From: Candidatus Latescibacterota bacterium
GTDB lineage: Bacteria > Latescibacterota > UBA2968
Direction: 5' to 3'
DNA: 64,000 nucleotides
Assembly: GCA_965205975.1 (NCBI GenBank)
Contig: OZ242195.1
Location: forward strand, 5,216,001 to 5,280,000
The position numbers were made by a program, and so were the translations under genes. Positions 1 through 9,454 of the stretch are shown one piece after another; within the stretch, counting starts at the first letter, position 1, and every line of letters begins with the position of its first letter. The notes beneath the pieces were generated by a model that worked only from the letters and a program-made list of their open reading frames with translations, made no database searches and was not told where the DNA came from.

Positions 1-2
1 GA

Positions 3-1457
3 TCATTGATCTGCGCTATTGGATGGCTGACGTTGTGTATTATGGTGATTTTGCGGAAGCAGTGGGTGGAGAATGAGCGGTTGGAATATCCGCTGATGAA
101 TGTGAGTATTAAGATGGCTGCCGGGTCAGATGATGCGGAGGGGATTGCGCACATGGTTCGGCAGCGTGGGTTTAAGGTTGGTTGTTTTCTGGGTGCTATA
201 GCTGTTTTGTGGAATATTGTGACGTTTTTTTATCCTTTGATACCGCGTTTGCCCACGACGCCAAATGCCGCCAGTTGGTTGCGCTGGATGGAGGGCGCGC
301 CGACGTTCTGGGTGCAGATCAGCATTTATATTATCGGCTTTGCGTATTTTGCGCGGGTGGAGGCGCTGTTCAGTTTTTGGGTGTTTTTTGTTTTGACGGG
401 TATTGAGATGTCTGTGTTTGACCGTCTCGGTGTGGGGTCTTCTGTTGGTCAGGGGGGATTGGAGGCGGTTCGGTCTCAGAGTTTTGGCGCGTTTGTGATG
501 ATTGTGCTGGTGAGTTTGTGGATGTCGCGGGGGCATTTGAAGGCGGTATTTCGGAAGGCATTTAAGGGTGATGCCGAGGTCGATGATTCTCGGGAGGTGT
601 TGTCTTATCGGACAGCGGTGTTTGGTCTGGGGATTGGGCTTCTTTTTGTGGGGGGATGGTTGCATTTGGCGGGTATGGAATTGAAGGTGCTGGTGCTTTA
701 TATGTTTTTTGCTGTGGTAGCCTATATCGGCTTGTCGCGGATTGTGGCTGAGATGGGGTTGCCCTATGCAAATATTTCGGATACGGCACTGAATTTCGCG
801 CCTATTTATATTTTGGGGTCGCGTGCGATTTCAGCACCTTCTATGGTGAGTCAGGGTTTTATTTATGCGCTTTTTGCTACAACGCGCGGGTTTCTCGGTC
901 CGCCTCTGGCGCAGACGCTGAAGTTGACGAGTGGGTTGAAGTTTCGGAGGAATCGCTTGATCGGTGCGATTGCGATTGCATTGGTGTTGGGGTTTTTCGT
1001 ATCTATCGGTGATACGGTTTACACTGCTTATCGGCACGGCGGATATAACCTGGGGGGGTTGACGAGGGTGGCGGGCGTTCGGAATAATTATCAAAGAGCT
1101 GTGACGTGGATCCGCAATCCAAAACCGCCGGATTGGGACAGGCTCACGTTTGCCGGGTCTGGGATGGCGATTGTGTTGCTGTTGACCTTTTTGCGCTATA
1201 ACTTTATCTGGTGGCCTTTGCCCGCTGTTGGTCTGGCGCTACAGGGTATGTATATGGCGCGTCGTCTGGTGTTTCCGGTTTTTATGGTGTGGGTCTATAA
1301 GTCGCTTATTCTGAAGTTTGGGGGCGTTGGGATGTACCGCAGGGGGCAGCCGTTTTTTATCGGTTTGATGGTGGGCTATGCTTTTGCGGTGTTTTTTTCA
1401 ACTTTGATCGATCATCTCTTTTTTTATGGGCACGGTCATGTTGTGCATGATTTTTGA
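3..1457 (+). CDS. Polytopic membrane protein, DUF6785/DUF6784-like putative transporter (5'-truncated by window edge)
   Basis: Many TM segments; 'LRKQWVENERLEYPL' and 'RYNFIWWPLPAVG...KFGGVGMYRRGQPFFIGL' motifs typical of this family; frame open at window start. Confidence 0.75.
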   Translation, partial: SLICAIGWLTLCIMVILRKQWVENERLEYPLMNVSIKMAAGSDDAEGIAHMVRQRGFKVGCFLGAIAVLWNIVTFFYPLIPRLPTTPNAASWLRWMEGAPTFWVQISIYIIGFAYFARVEALFSFWVFFVLTGIEMSVFDRLGVGSSVGQGGLEAVRSQSFGAFVMIVLVSLWMSRGHLKAVFRKAFKGDAEVDDSREVLSYRTAVFGLGIGLLFVGGWLHLAGMELKVLVLYMFFAVVAYIGLSRIVAEMGLPYANISDTALNFAPIYILGSRAISAPSMVSQGFIYALFATTRGFLGPPLAQTLKLTSGLKFRRNRLIGAIAIALVLGFFVSIGDTVYTAYRHGGYNLGGLTRVAGVRNNYQRAVTWIRNPKPPDWDRLTFAGSGMAIVLLLTFLRYNFIWWPLPAVGLALQGMYMARRLVFPVFMVWVYKSLILKFGGVGMYRRGQPFFIGLMVGYAFAVFFSTLIDHLFFYGHGHVVHDF

Positions 1458-1479
1458 GAGAAATCGATAGGAGGGAATA

Positions 1480-2376
1480 ATGGGAAAGAAAAGGATTAAC
1501 AGATGTATCGAGCTTCTCGAGCAGGGCGAGTATCTCTATTATACGGGTGCTGGCCCTCTTACGTATGAGAATGGGAAGAAGCAGGCAAAGACGTGGGCGG
1601 ATTTTTTGATGGTGGATTACGAGCACAATCCGTTTGATGTGGTTGGTTTGCGCGCTTTTATGAAAGGGCTGGTGGATGGCGGTCCCACAAATTCGGGGCA
1701 CCGCACGCCGACTGTGTTTGCGACGCTGCCGTCCAATTGTCGCACTGTGCATGAGGTTCGCGCCAATGCGTGGCAGGTCAGGCATGTTTTGAGTTCGGGG
1801 GTACACGGTATTTTGCATACGCATGCGCGGCAGGCCGATGCGGTGAGGGCGTTTGTCGAGGAGTGCAGGTATCCGTTTCAGACGGCGGGACTGGATCGCG
1901 GTTTGGTGCAGGGTCAGCGCGGGGCGGGCGGTCAGGGATATGCCGCGGGTATCTGGGGGCTTAAAGGACCGGAGTACACGCAGGTAGCGGATCCATGGCC
2001 TCTGAATCCAGATGGGGAGTTGATGCTGGGGCTTAAAATTGAGGACAGGGAGTGCGTTGCGAATGCCGAGTATATATGCAAGGTGCCGGGGCTGGCATTC
2101 GCGGAGTGGGGACCGGGAGATATGGGCATGTCCTACGGTTTTGCGGATGCACACGATCCGCCGTATCCGCCGGTTATGGAGGAGGCGCGAAGTATTGTGA
2201 AGGGTGCGTGCGATGAGAATGGGATTCATTTTTTGTGTTCGTGGAAGGATTCTTCAAAGAGTGCGGAGGAAAATATTCGGTTTTTGATGGATTGGGGCGT
2301 CAGAATTCTCTCTGGCGGCGGAGAAGATCAGGCGCGTATTGGTCGCGCGATTTCAGGTAGGAAGATGCCTGTGTGA
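1480..2376 (+). CDS. HpcH/HpaI aldolase/citrate lyase family protein
   Basis: 'MVDYEHNPFD', 'LGLKIED', 'WGPGDMGMSYG' motifs; SD GGAGG upstream. Confidence 0.8.
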   Translation: MGKKRINRCIELLEQGEYLYYTGAGPLTYENGKKQAKTWADFLMVDYEHNPFDVVGLRAFMKGLVDGGPTNSGHRTPTVFATLPSNCRTVHEVRANAWQVRHVLSSGVHGILHTHARQADAVRAFVEECRYPFQTAGLDRGLVQGQRGAGGQGYAAGIWGLKGPEYTQVADPWPLNPDGELMLGLKIEDRECVANAEYICKVPGLAFAEWGPGDMGMSYGFADAHDPPYPPVMEEARSIVKGACDENGIHFLCSWKDSSKSAEENIRFLMDWGVRILSGGGEDQARIGRAISGRKMPV

Positions 2377-2404
2377 GTGTATTCAACCTATTTTAGGAGG
2401 AACT

Positions 2405-3400
2405 ATGGCAGAGTCAACCGAACAACCTGTAGGCGGAGAACCGACCATTACGCGACAGCTCTCGTTTCACGGTCGGGGCGGTTCTTTATTTGGCATTCAT
2501 ATCGTGAATATTTTGCTCGCGATTATTACGCTGGGCATCTACTATTTCTGGGGCAAAGTCAGGGTTCGAAACTACATGCACAGCCAGACCGAATTTGAAG
2601 GTGACCGCTTTGCATATCACGGAACTGGCAAAGAACTTTTTATCGGCTGGCTGAAAGCAATGGGTTTTATGATTGTGATCGTTGGAATCTCTTTTGGCAT
2701 ACAGCTTTTCGGTAAAAGCCTTACCTCGCAGATCATCGGTACACTCATCTTGTATGTGGGTATCCTCTTTTTGCTTTTCCCCGTTGCCATTGTCGGTGCC
2801 TGGCGTTACAAGTTGAGTCGTACGTCGTGGCGGGGGATTCGCTTTTCTTTTAGAGGCCATACGCGCGAATTTTTCCGCATCTATTTTCCCGGCATGCTGC
2901 TTACTCTGATCACATTGGGCTTTTACAGTCCCTATTTTGAAGTGCGCCTTCGAAAATTCCTGGTCAATCAATCTTATTTTGGCAATGCCCAATTCCACTT
3001 TGATGGCAATGGTCGAGATTTGTTTTGGGGCAATTTTTGGGCCATTGTCCTGGCCATTCCCACGCTGGGGATTTATCCTTTCTGGTATGCTGCCACCCGA
3101 CACAGATATTTCTGGTCACGCACGACATTTTCAACAGCGCAATTTCGCTCCACCATGTTGGGTGGTGATCTTTTTGTGTTTCACCTCGTCAATGGTCTGT
3201 TGCTTATTTTCACGCTGGGATTGGCACAGCCCTGGGTGCTTGTGCGCAGTGCGCGATTCACTTTTGAACGGATTCTTCTCGAAGGGGATCTCGACCTCGA
3301 TGCCATTGAGCAAGACGCACGGGATGCCTCGGCTACTGGAGAAGGCATGACTGATTTTCTGGATACGGAATTTCTGGATATCGATTTGGGGCTCTTGTAG
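2405..3400 (+). CDS. yjgN: YjgN/DUF898 family inner membrane protein
   Basis: 'FHGRGGSLFGIHIVNILLAIITLGIYYFW', 'RTSWRGIRFSF'; AGGAGG before ATG 2405. Confidence 0.85.
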   Translation: MAESTEQPVGGEPTITRQLSFHGRGGSLFGIHIVNILLAIITLGIYYFWGKVRVRNYMHSQTEFEGDRFAYHGTGKELFIGWLKAMGFMIVIVGISFGIQLFGKSLTSQIIGTLILYVGILFLLFPVAIVGAWRYKLSRTSWRGIRFSFRGHTREFFRIYFPGMLLTLITLGFYSPYFEVRLRKFLVNQSYFGNAQFHFDGNGRDLFWGNFWAIVLAIPTLGIYPFWYAATRHRYFWSRTTFSTAQFRSTMLGGDLFVFHLVNGLLLIFTLGLAQPWVLVRSARFTFERILLEGDLDLDAIEQDARDASATGEGMTDFLDTEFLDIDLGLL

Positions 3401-4506
3401 TGGACACATTGCGACAGGACAGATGGGATGGTCGCTATTTCGACGGGTATAGTACGAATCCCCATCGTGTTTCCATCACCATTTCCAATGCGGGACTTGA
3501 GATTGCAAAGACTGATGGTACTGTTTTCCACTGGTATTTTCATCAGATCCGGCTGTCTCAGGGGGCTTATACAGGTGAGCAGGTGCGCCTGGAAAAAGGG
3601 GATGAAATGCTCGTTGTTGACGATCCCGTTTTTCTTCAGGCTATTCACTATATTGCACCGAATCGCAGTCGTTTTCACAATCCGCGTTTCCGCAGGCACA
3701 GAACGGCACTCACAGTGCTATCTGCTGTGGCAATCATTGTCATCGGTCTGGTGCTCTATTTTCGTGGCATTCCAACGCTAACGGATCTTGTGGTGGTTTA
3801 TTTACCCGTCCGCTGGGAGGAAGAACTCGGTGCTCAGGTCGTTTCATTACTCGCTCCCGAAAATAGGCGAATTGACGATCCAAATTGTCAGAAAGCCATT
3901 GAACGTATTGCCGATTCGCTCATGGAAACCGAACAGTCATCCCCCTACCGTCTGCATATTATTTTAAAGCGAGATCCAATTATCAACGCCTTTGCAGCAC
4001 CTGGGGGATATATTGTCATACACGATGGATTACTCAAAAAAACCAAATCGCCCGAGGAACTCGCCGCTGTGCTCGCACACGAAATTCAGCACATCCTTCA
4101 GCGCCATTCAACGCGGGCAATTCTCCGCGAATTGTCAATTGGCATGCTCCTCTCTGCCCTGTCGGGGGATGCGGGCGGGCTGCACTACGCGCTTGAAACA
4201 GTGCATACATTGGGCGGGTTGCGCTTCCGACGTCAAGATGAAGTCGAAGCTGATCAAAAAGGCATGGAAATGCTTCAGAAGGCCAAAATTGATCCCAAAG
4301 GCATGGTTGTGTTTTTTGAAACACTAAAAAAAGAAGTGGGAGATATTCCCCGTTTTTTGAGCTATGTATCAACCCATCCTCGCACCGAAGAACGCATTGA
4401 AAGGTTGCAGCAGATAGCCGACCAGAGCGATTACGAATCTGTTGCCCTCTTACCAGACACTGACTGGTCAGAGATTCAGAAGGTGTGCGCCAGAAGGCCA
4501 AAATAG
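3400..4506 (+). CDS. M48 family zinc metallopeptidase (usual YjgN partner)
   Basis: 'INAFAAPGG', 'VLAHEIQH', 'EVEAD', 'STHP' motifs; overlaps yjgN stop. Confidence 0.85.
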   Translation: MDTLRQDRWDGRYFDGYSTNPHRVSITISNAGLEIAKTDGTVFHWYFHQIRLSQGAYTGEQVRLEKGDEMLVVDDPVFLQAIHYIAPNRSRFHNPRFRRHRTALTVLSAVAIIVIGLVLYFRGIPTLTDLVVVYLPVRWEEELGAQVVSLLAPENRRIDDPNCQKAIERIADSLMETEQSSPYRLHIILKRDPIINAFAAPGGYIVIHDGLLKKTKSPEELAAVLAHEIQHILQRHSTRAILRELSIGMLLSALSGDAGGLHYALETVHTLGGLRFRRQDEVEADQKGMEMLQKAKIDPKGMVVFFETLKKEVGDIPRFLSYVSTHPRTEERIERLQQIADQSDYESVALLPDTDWSEIQKVCARRPK

Positions 4507-4578
4507 GAGACACATGGGGAGATTGTGGATCAGCTCAAAGCGGTCGTTTTGGACCATCGCGCCGGTTGAGGTCTATAG

Positions 4579-5835
4579 ATGAGCGAAGAGACAGAGATAT
4601 TGATTGTTGGCGGTGGGGCAATCGGTGTTTGCTCGGCTTATTATTTGAATGCTGCGGGTAGAGATGTCGCGCTGGTTGATAAAGGCGATATTTGTTCGGG
4701 GTGTTCGTATGGGAACGGGGGGCTTGTTGTGCCGAGTCACAGCATACCTCTGTCCGCTCCGGGAGTGGTGTCTCAAAGTCTGAAGTGGATGTTGAATCCC
4801 GATAGTCCGTTTTATATTAAGCCGCGACTGGACCGGGATTTGATTTCCTGGTTGTGGCATTTTCGCCGTGCGTGCAATGAGACGCATGTTGCGAGGGCTA
4901 CGCCTGTTATTCGGGCGATGAATATGGCGAGTGTGGCGTTGTTTGAAGAAATGGCAGCGATCGAGGGCATGGATTTTGGGTTTGAGAAGCGGGGGACGAT
5001 TACGGCGTATAGAACCGAGAGGGGTTTGGCAAAGGCGGTTAAAGATGCGGATTTTTTGTCGGAGGTGGGAGTTGAGACACGGGTTCTCGATGCGGATGAG
5101 ATTGTGGGATTAAATCCCGGGGTTCGGATACGGGCGATTGGGGGGATATTTTTCCCCGAGGATGCCCATCTCGTGCCGCATCGCTTTGTGCGTGGGCTGG
5201 CGGAGTACGTCGGTGGAAAGGGCGTTCGCATTCACAGGGAAACAGAGGTTCTGGGGTTTGAGATTTCGCACGGTCGCGTGCTTGCTGTGAAGACGACTCG
5301 GGGTGATTTCCGGGCTGAGCATATCATTTTGGCGAGTGGGTCGTGGTCGCCTGTGATTGCCAGGGATCTTCATATCAATCTGCCTATTCAACCTGCCAAG
5401 GGGTATAGTATTACTTTTAAGCGGCCTGATGTTTGTCCGACAACGCCATTTTCTCTGGGGGAAGCAAAGGTCGGTATTACACCTATGGGTGATATGCTGC
5501 GGTTTGCGGGTACGCTCGAATTGGCAGGTCTCGATTTTTCGATCAATCAGCGGCGCGTGCAGGCTATTCTCAAGGCTGTGCCCGACTATTTTCCCGATTT
5601 GAGTCCCGATTATCTCGATATGATAGAAATTTGGTGCGGTTTGCGGCCCTGCACGCCCGATGGGGTGCCATTTCTCGGTCGCGCTTCCGGGTTTGAGAAT
5701 GTGATCGTGGCTGCAGGTCATGCGATGATTGGCATTTCTCTGGGGCCTGTTACAGGGAAGTTGGTGGCAGAACTGGTTTCCGATGAAGTACCTTCTATTG
5801 ATCTGTCTGCACTGAAAGTGGATCGGTTTAGATAG
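4579..5835 (+). CDS. FAD-dependent D-amino acid dehydrogenase (DadA/DAO family)
   Basis: GxGxxG 'IVGGGAIG', 'SYGNGG', 'PAKGYS', 'GLRPCTPDGVP', 'GHAMIGISLGPVTG'. Confidence 0.85.
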   Translation: MSEETEILIVGGGAIGVCSAYYLNAAGRDVALVDKGDICSGCSYGNGGLVVPSHSIPLSAPGVVSQSLKWMLNPDSPFYIKPRLDRDLISWLWHFRRACNETHVARATPVIRAMNMASVALFEEMAAIEGMDFGFEKRGTITAYRTERGLAKAVKDADFLSEVGVETRVLDADEIVGLNPGVRIRAIGGIFFPEDAHLVPHRFVRGLAEYVGGKGVRIHRETEVLGFEISHGRVLAVKTTRGDFRAEHIILASGSWSPVIARDLHINLPIQPAKGYSITFKRPDVCPTTPFSLGEAKVGITPMGDMLRFAGTLELAGLDFSINQRRVQAILKAVPDYFPDLSPDYLDMIEIWCGLRPCTPDGVPFLGRASGFENVIVAAGHAMIGISLGPVTGKLVAELVSDEVPSIDLSALKVDRFR

Positions 5836-5862
5836 GCTGTGTTATTTTTTGAGAGGTGAAAT

Positions 5863-7632
5863 ATGGTAAAGATGTTGCTGCGAGATGTTGCGATGTCCGA
5901 TCTGGCGGAGATTTACGAGCGAAATGCAGATCGGTCCCCCGCGCCGTATCTCAAAGATGCAGAGGCGGTGGAGCGGGCGAGGGGATTGGCGAAGAAGAAT
6001 GGGGTGTGGGATGATTTGAACGAAAATCTGGATGGGAGCCGGGAGATTCCCGTGTTGAAGCGGTCGGCTTTCCGCAATTATCAGCGGGTTGGAGATCGCA
6101 ATTTGCCGCAGACTGTAGCGGGTAATCGCAGGCGCGAGTTGGAGCGGGCAGCGATGGCTTTGTGGCTGGGACATCCCAATGCCGATGTGGATTATTTGCA
6201 GGATTTGCTCTGGGCGTATTGCGATGATCATACCTGGGTGATGGCCGCGCACGAAGGTCGTGCTATTGATCTGGGATCGGCTGCGTTGGGCGCTGCGTTT
6301 GCAGAAATTTTGCATGTTCTGGGTGATCAACTGGAAGAAGAAGTGGTAGCGCGCGTTTCGCGGAAGATTGAGGAGCATATTTTTGAGCCGTTCTGGAATT
6401 ATAGGCATCTGGATTTCTGGAAGACCGTGCGGATGAATTGGAATCACGTTTGCAATGGCGAGATTATCCGCGCTGCGCTTTATCAGATTGAGGATCCCGT
6501 GGTGCTGGCGCATATGACCCACGCGGCGATTGTGAATTTGACGTATGCGCTGGATGGCTTTACAGATGATGGCGGGTGCGAAGAGGGGCCGGGGTATTGG
6601 GAATACGGCTTTGGGCATTTTTTGTACGTTGCCTATGCGCTGTATTTGAAGACCAATGGAGAACTGAATTTGATGGTGGATGAGACCGGCAAGATTCATC
6701 GGATATGCGAGTACCCGCTTGCGGCGCATATTCGGGGTGCGTTGCGCTCGACGTTTGCGGATTCGAGTCACGGATATACGGGTGCGCGGTCTGCTATGAT
6801 TGTCAATGCGTTTTTTGATATGCCCGAGCTATACGCCCTGTGTGATAAGCATTCGGATAATACTTTGAAGGTGCGGGATATGCACAGCATGGCGATGTAT
6901 TCCGGGTTTGAGGTGGAGATAGAGGCGGATGATCGGGATTATGTTTTGCCCGATTTGGGACAGGCGAAGTTGCGAGGGGTGCCAGGGAAAGAGCAGTTGA
7001 CGCTGATGTGTCTGGCGGGGAATAATGGGGTGCCGCACAATCACAACGATATCGGCAGTTTTATTGTGCATCGCGGGGATGCGCTCTGGTTGACGGATCC
7101 CGCGGGTCCTGCTTATAGTCGAAAAACTTTTGGTCCCGATCGCTACGATATTCTGTTTTGCAATGCGCTGGGTCATTCTGTGCCCGTGATCAATGGGCAG
7201 TTGCAGCAGCCCGGCGGCGAGTATTTTGGTACGCTGGAGGTGGAGAATTTAAATGGCGAGGGGGAAAAACGCGCGGTGATAGATATGACGCATGCGTATC
7301 CCGAGGGTACGGTGAAGAGTCTGACGCGCACTTTTGTGCTGAATGGAAATGTGCTGACGATGGAAGATCACTATGTGTTTAACGGTGTGCCGCAGACGCT
7401 TGAGGAGGGGTTTATTACGTTTGAGGATGTGCAAGTTGCCGGGGATTTGGTTCAGATTGGGCCCGAAGGCGAGGGTCTTACACTTTCTGCGGTGGATACA
7501 CCGGGCACATTTTCGGTCAAGCGATTTGAAGAGGAGTCAAAAGAGGGACGTACAGATGAGGTGGTTACTCGCGTGATTTTTACGCCCGCAGAGCTATCGC
7601 AAGACTTCTGTTTGCGGTTTGCGATGGGGTGA
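5863..7632 (+). CDS. Heparinase II/III-like protein
   Basis: 'NWNHVCNG', 'DGGCEEGPGYWEYG', 'HNHNDIGSF', 'HSVPVING'. Confidence 0.8.
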   Translation: MVKMLLRDVAMSDLAEIYERNADRSPAPYLKDAEAVERARGLAKKNGVWDDLNENLDGSREIPVLKRSAFRNYQRVGDRNLPQTVAGNRRRELERAAMALWLGHPNADVDYLQDLLWAYCDDHTWVMAAHEGRAIDLGSAALGAAFAEILHVLGDQLEEEVVARVSRKIEEHIFEPFWNYRHLDFWKTVRMNWNHVCNGEIIRAALYQIEDPVVLAHMTHAAIVNLTYALDGFTDDGGCEEGPGYWEYGFGHFLYVAYALYLKTNGELNLMVDETGKIHRICEYPLAAHIRGALRSTFADSSHGYTGARSAMIVNAFFDMPELYALCDKHSDNTLKVRDMHSMAMYSGFEVEIEADDRDYVLPDLGQAKLRGVPGKEQLTLMCLAGNNGVPHNHNDIGSFIVHRGDALWLTDPAGPAYSRKTFGPDRYDILFCNALGHSVPVINGQLQQPGGEYFGTLEVENLNGEGEKRAVIDMTHAYPEGTVKSLTRTFVLNGNVLTMEDHYVFNGVPQTLEEGFITFEDVQVAGDLVQIGPEGEGLTLSAVDTPGTFSVKRFEEESKEGRTDEVVTRVIFTPAELSQDFCLRFAMG

Positions 7633-7651
7633 GTTCCTGGGAGGATTCGTT

Positions 7652-8467
7652 ATGTATAGAGCTTCTTATGATGGTAGCAATAAGAAGGTGATGTGGCAGG
7701 AGATGTGGCGGCATGAATTTGAGGACGCTTTGGAGCGCGATCCCGTGGTGATTGTGCCGGTGGGATCTGTGGAGCAGCACGGGCCGCATTGTCCGATGGA
7801 TGTGGATATTTCGGCGCCGTTCTATATGGCGGTGGCTGTGGCGCAGCGCGTGGATGATTTTCCCGTGATTGTCGCGCCGCCGGTGTGGTCGGGGTTTACG
7901 CATTATAATATGGGATTTCCCGGTACGATTAATTTGCGTTTGGAGACGTTTCAGAATTTGCTGGCGGATATTTTTCGCAGTATTTATGCCAATGGGTTCA
8001 AGCGGATTATTTCCGTGAATGGACACGGGGGCAATGCCGCGCCCTGTCGCGCTGTTTCGTGGCAGGTGGCAGAGGAGAATATTTTTACGCTGTCATTTAG
8101 CTGGTGGGATATGGTGGATAAGGAGTTAAGGGAATGGAGTGCGACAAATGAAGGCGTGGGGCACGCTGGGGAGTGGGAGACGGCTGTTCAGCTTCATTTG
8201 CGCGAACATCTCGTCGATAAGAGCCGTATTGATAGCGATTTGACGGGGACGAGGCCGTTTAGCGATGAACTATCGTTTGCGGAGTTTGCCGAGCGGAGGC
8301 GGGATACGAAAAAGGATACGGGTATTATGGGCGATGCGTTTGCCGCGAGCGCGGAAAAGGGTGCGCGCATTTTTGAACTGGCCTGTGAGCGCCTGGAAAA
8401 GCTGGTGCGCGAATATCACGAGTTGCCCGTGCGAGAATACCGGGAGTTCGGGTCTCACTGTATTTGA
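7652..8467 (+). CDS. Creatininase/creatinine amidohydrolase family protein
   Basis: 'PVGSVEQHGPH', 'NGHGGN', 'GHAGEWET'; GGAGG before ATG 7652. Confidence 0.85.
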   Translation: MYRASYDGSNKKVMWQEMWRHEFEDALERDPVVIVPVGSVEQHGPHCPMDVDISAPFYMAVAVAQRVDDFPVIVAPPVWSGFTHYNMGFPGTINLRLETFQNLLADIFRSIYANGFKRIISVNGHGGNAAPCRAVSWQVAEENIFTLSFSWWDMVDKELREWSATNEGVGHAGEWETAVQLHLREHLVDKSRIDSDLTGTRPFSDELSFAEFAERRRDTKKDTGIMGDAFAASAEKGARIFELACERLEKLVREYHELPVREYREFGSHCI

Positions 8468-8483
8468 AAGAGGGAGTACGACG

Positions 8484-9431
8484 ATGTCAGAGCTAAGAGT
8501 GGGGATTATCGGTGCAGGGGGTCACGCACAGAGCCACTTCAGGATGATCCAGGACGAGCCGGAAATGGCGTTGGTTGCGGTTGCAGACCTGGATCCAGAA
8601 AGACTGGCGCACACGCGAGAGACGCACGGCGTGACGTCCCTTTTTACGGATTATCGGGAGATGATCGAGAAGGTGCAATTGGATGTGGTCTATGTTGTGA
8701 CCTTTCCGGGGCCATTGCCCGACATTGTGATTGACTGTCTGGAGGCAGGGCTGCACACTTCGGTAGAGAAGCCGCCGGGCATCAGTTCGGATCAGACCCG
8801 ACGGATGATGGAGGCAGAACGGCGATCCAGCGCCAGGGCGATTGTTTCGGTGAACCGGCGGTACATTCCAGAAGTGTTGGCGATTCGGGCCATGCTGCAA
8901 GATCGAGGCGGACCCGTTCATGTGGCGGCGACGTACAACAAGCCGCATATTGGGGACAAGGTCCGGGATGTCGGACATCTTATCCGATTGGACGCGATCC
9001 ACCATGTGGATCTGTTGCGATGGCTGGCAGGTGACGCTGTCGAGGTTTACTCAGAGGCGTGGTCTGCGCCTTCCCACCCTGCCGAGATGCGCCACAATGC
9101 TGTGATCAAGTTCGAAAGCGGATGCCGGGGTGTGATGATGAGCCACTACGCTGTTGGATACCGCATTCAGCGGTTTGAAGCGCATGCGGAAGACTTCAGC
9201 GCGTATGTGGATCTCACGAGTGGCCCCAGGTGTGAGATCTATGCTGACGGAGGGCCGTTCGAGGGCGAGTTAGATCTGGAATCGGTCGGCGGTCCCGACT
9301 TTAACGAGACCCGGCATTTCGTGGCGTGCATACAAAACGATACGCAGCCGTGGAGCACGCTTGAGGATGCGATCAAGACGATGATGTTGTGCGAAGCGAT
9401 TGAGGCGGGACATAAAGGTCAACTGGAATGA
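8484..9431 (+). CDS. Gfo/Idh/MocA family oxidoreductase
   Basis: 'VGIIGAGG', 'VEKPP', 'DAIHHVD'; SD before ATG 8484. Confidence 0.85.
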   Translation: MSELRVGIIGAGGHAQSHFRMIQDEPEMALVAVADLDPERLAHTRETHGVTSLFTDYREMIEKVQLDVVYVVTFPGPLPDIVIDCLEAGLHTSVEKPPGISSDQTRRMMEAERRSSARAIVSVNRRYIPEVLAIRAMLQDRGGPVHVAATYNKPHIGDKVRDVGHLIRLDAIHHVDLLRWLAGDAVEVYSEAWSAPSHPAEMRHNAVIKFESGCRGVMMSHYAVGYRIQRFEAHAEDFSAYVDLTSGPRCEIYADGGPFEGELDLESVGGPDFNETRHFVACIQNDTQPWSTLEDAIKTMMLCEAIEAGHKGQLE

Positions 9432-9454
9432 TTTTTTGGGCCAGGAATAGATGT

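Noticed and set aside
4507..4578. Short ORF or gene remnant between the M48 peptidase and the D-amino acid dehydrogenase
   Set aside because: Too short (at most 22 codons) to support any assignment.
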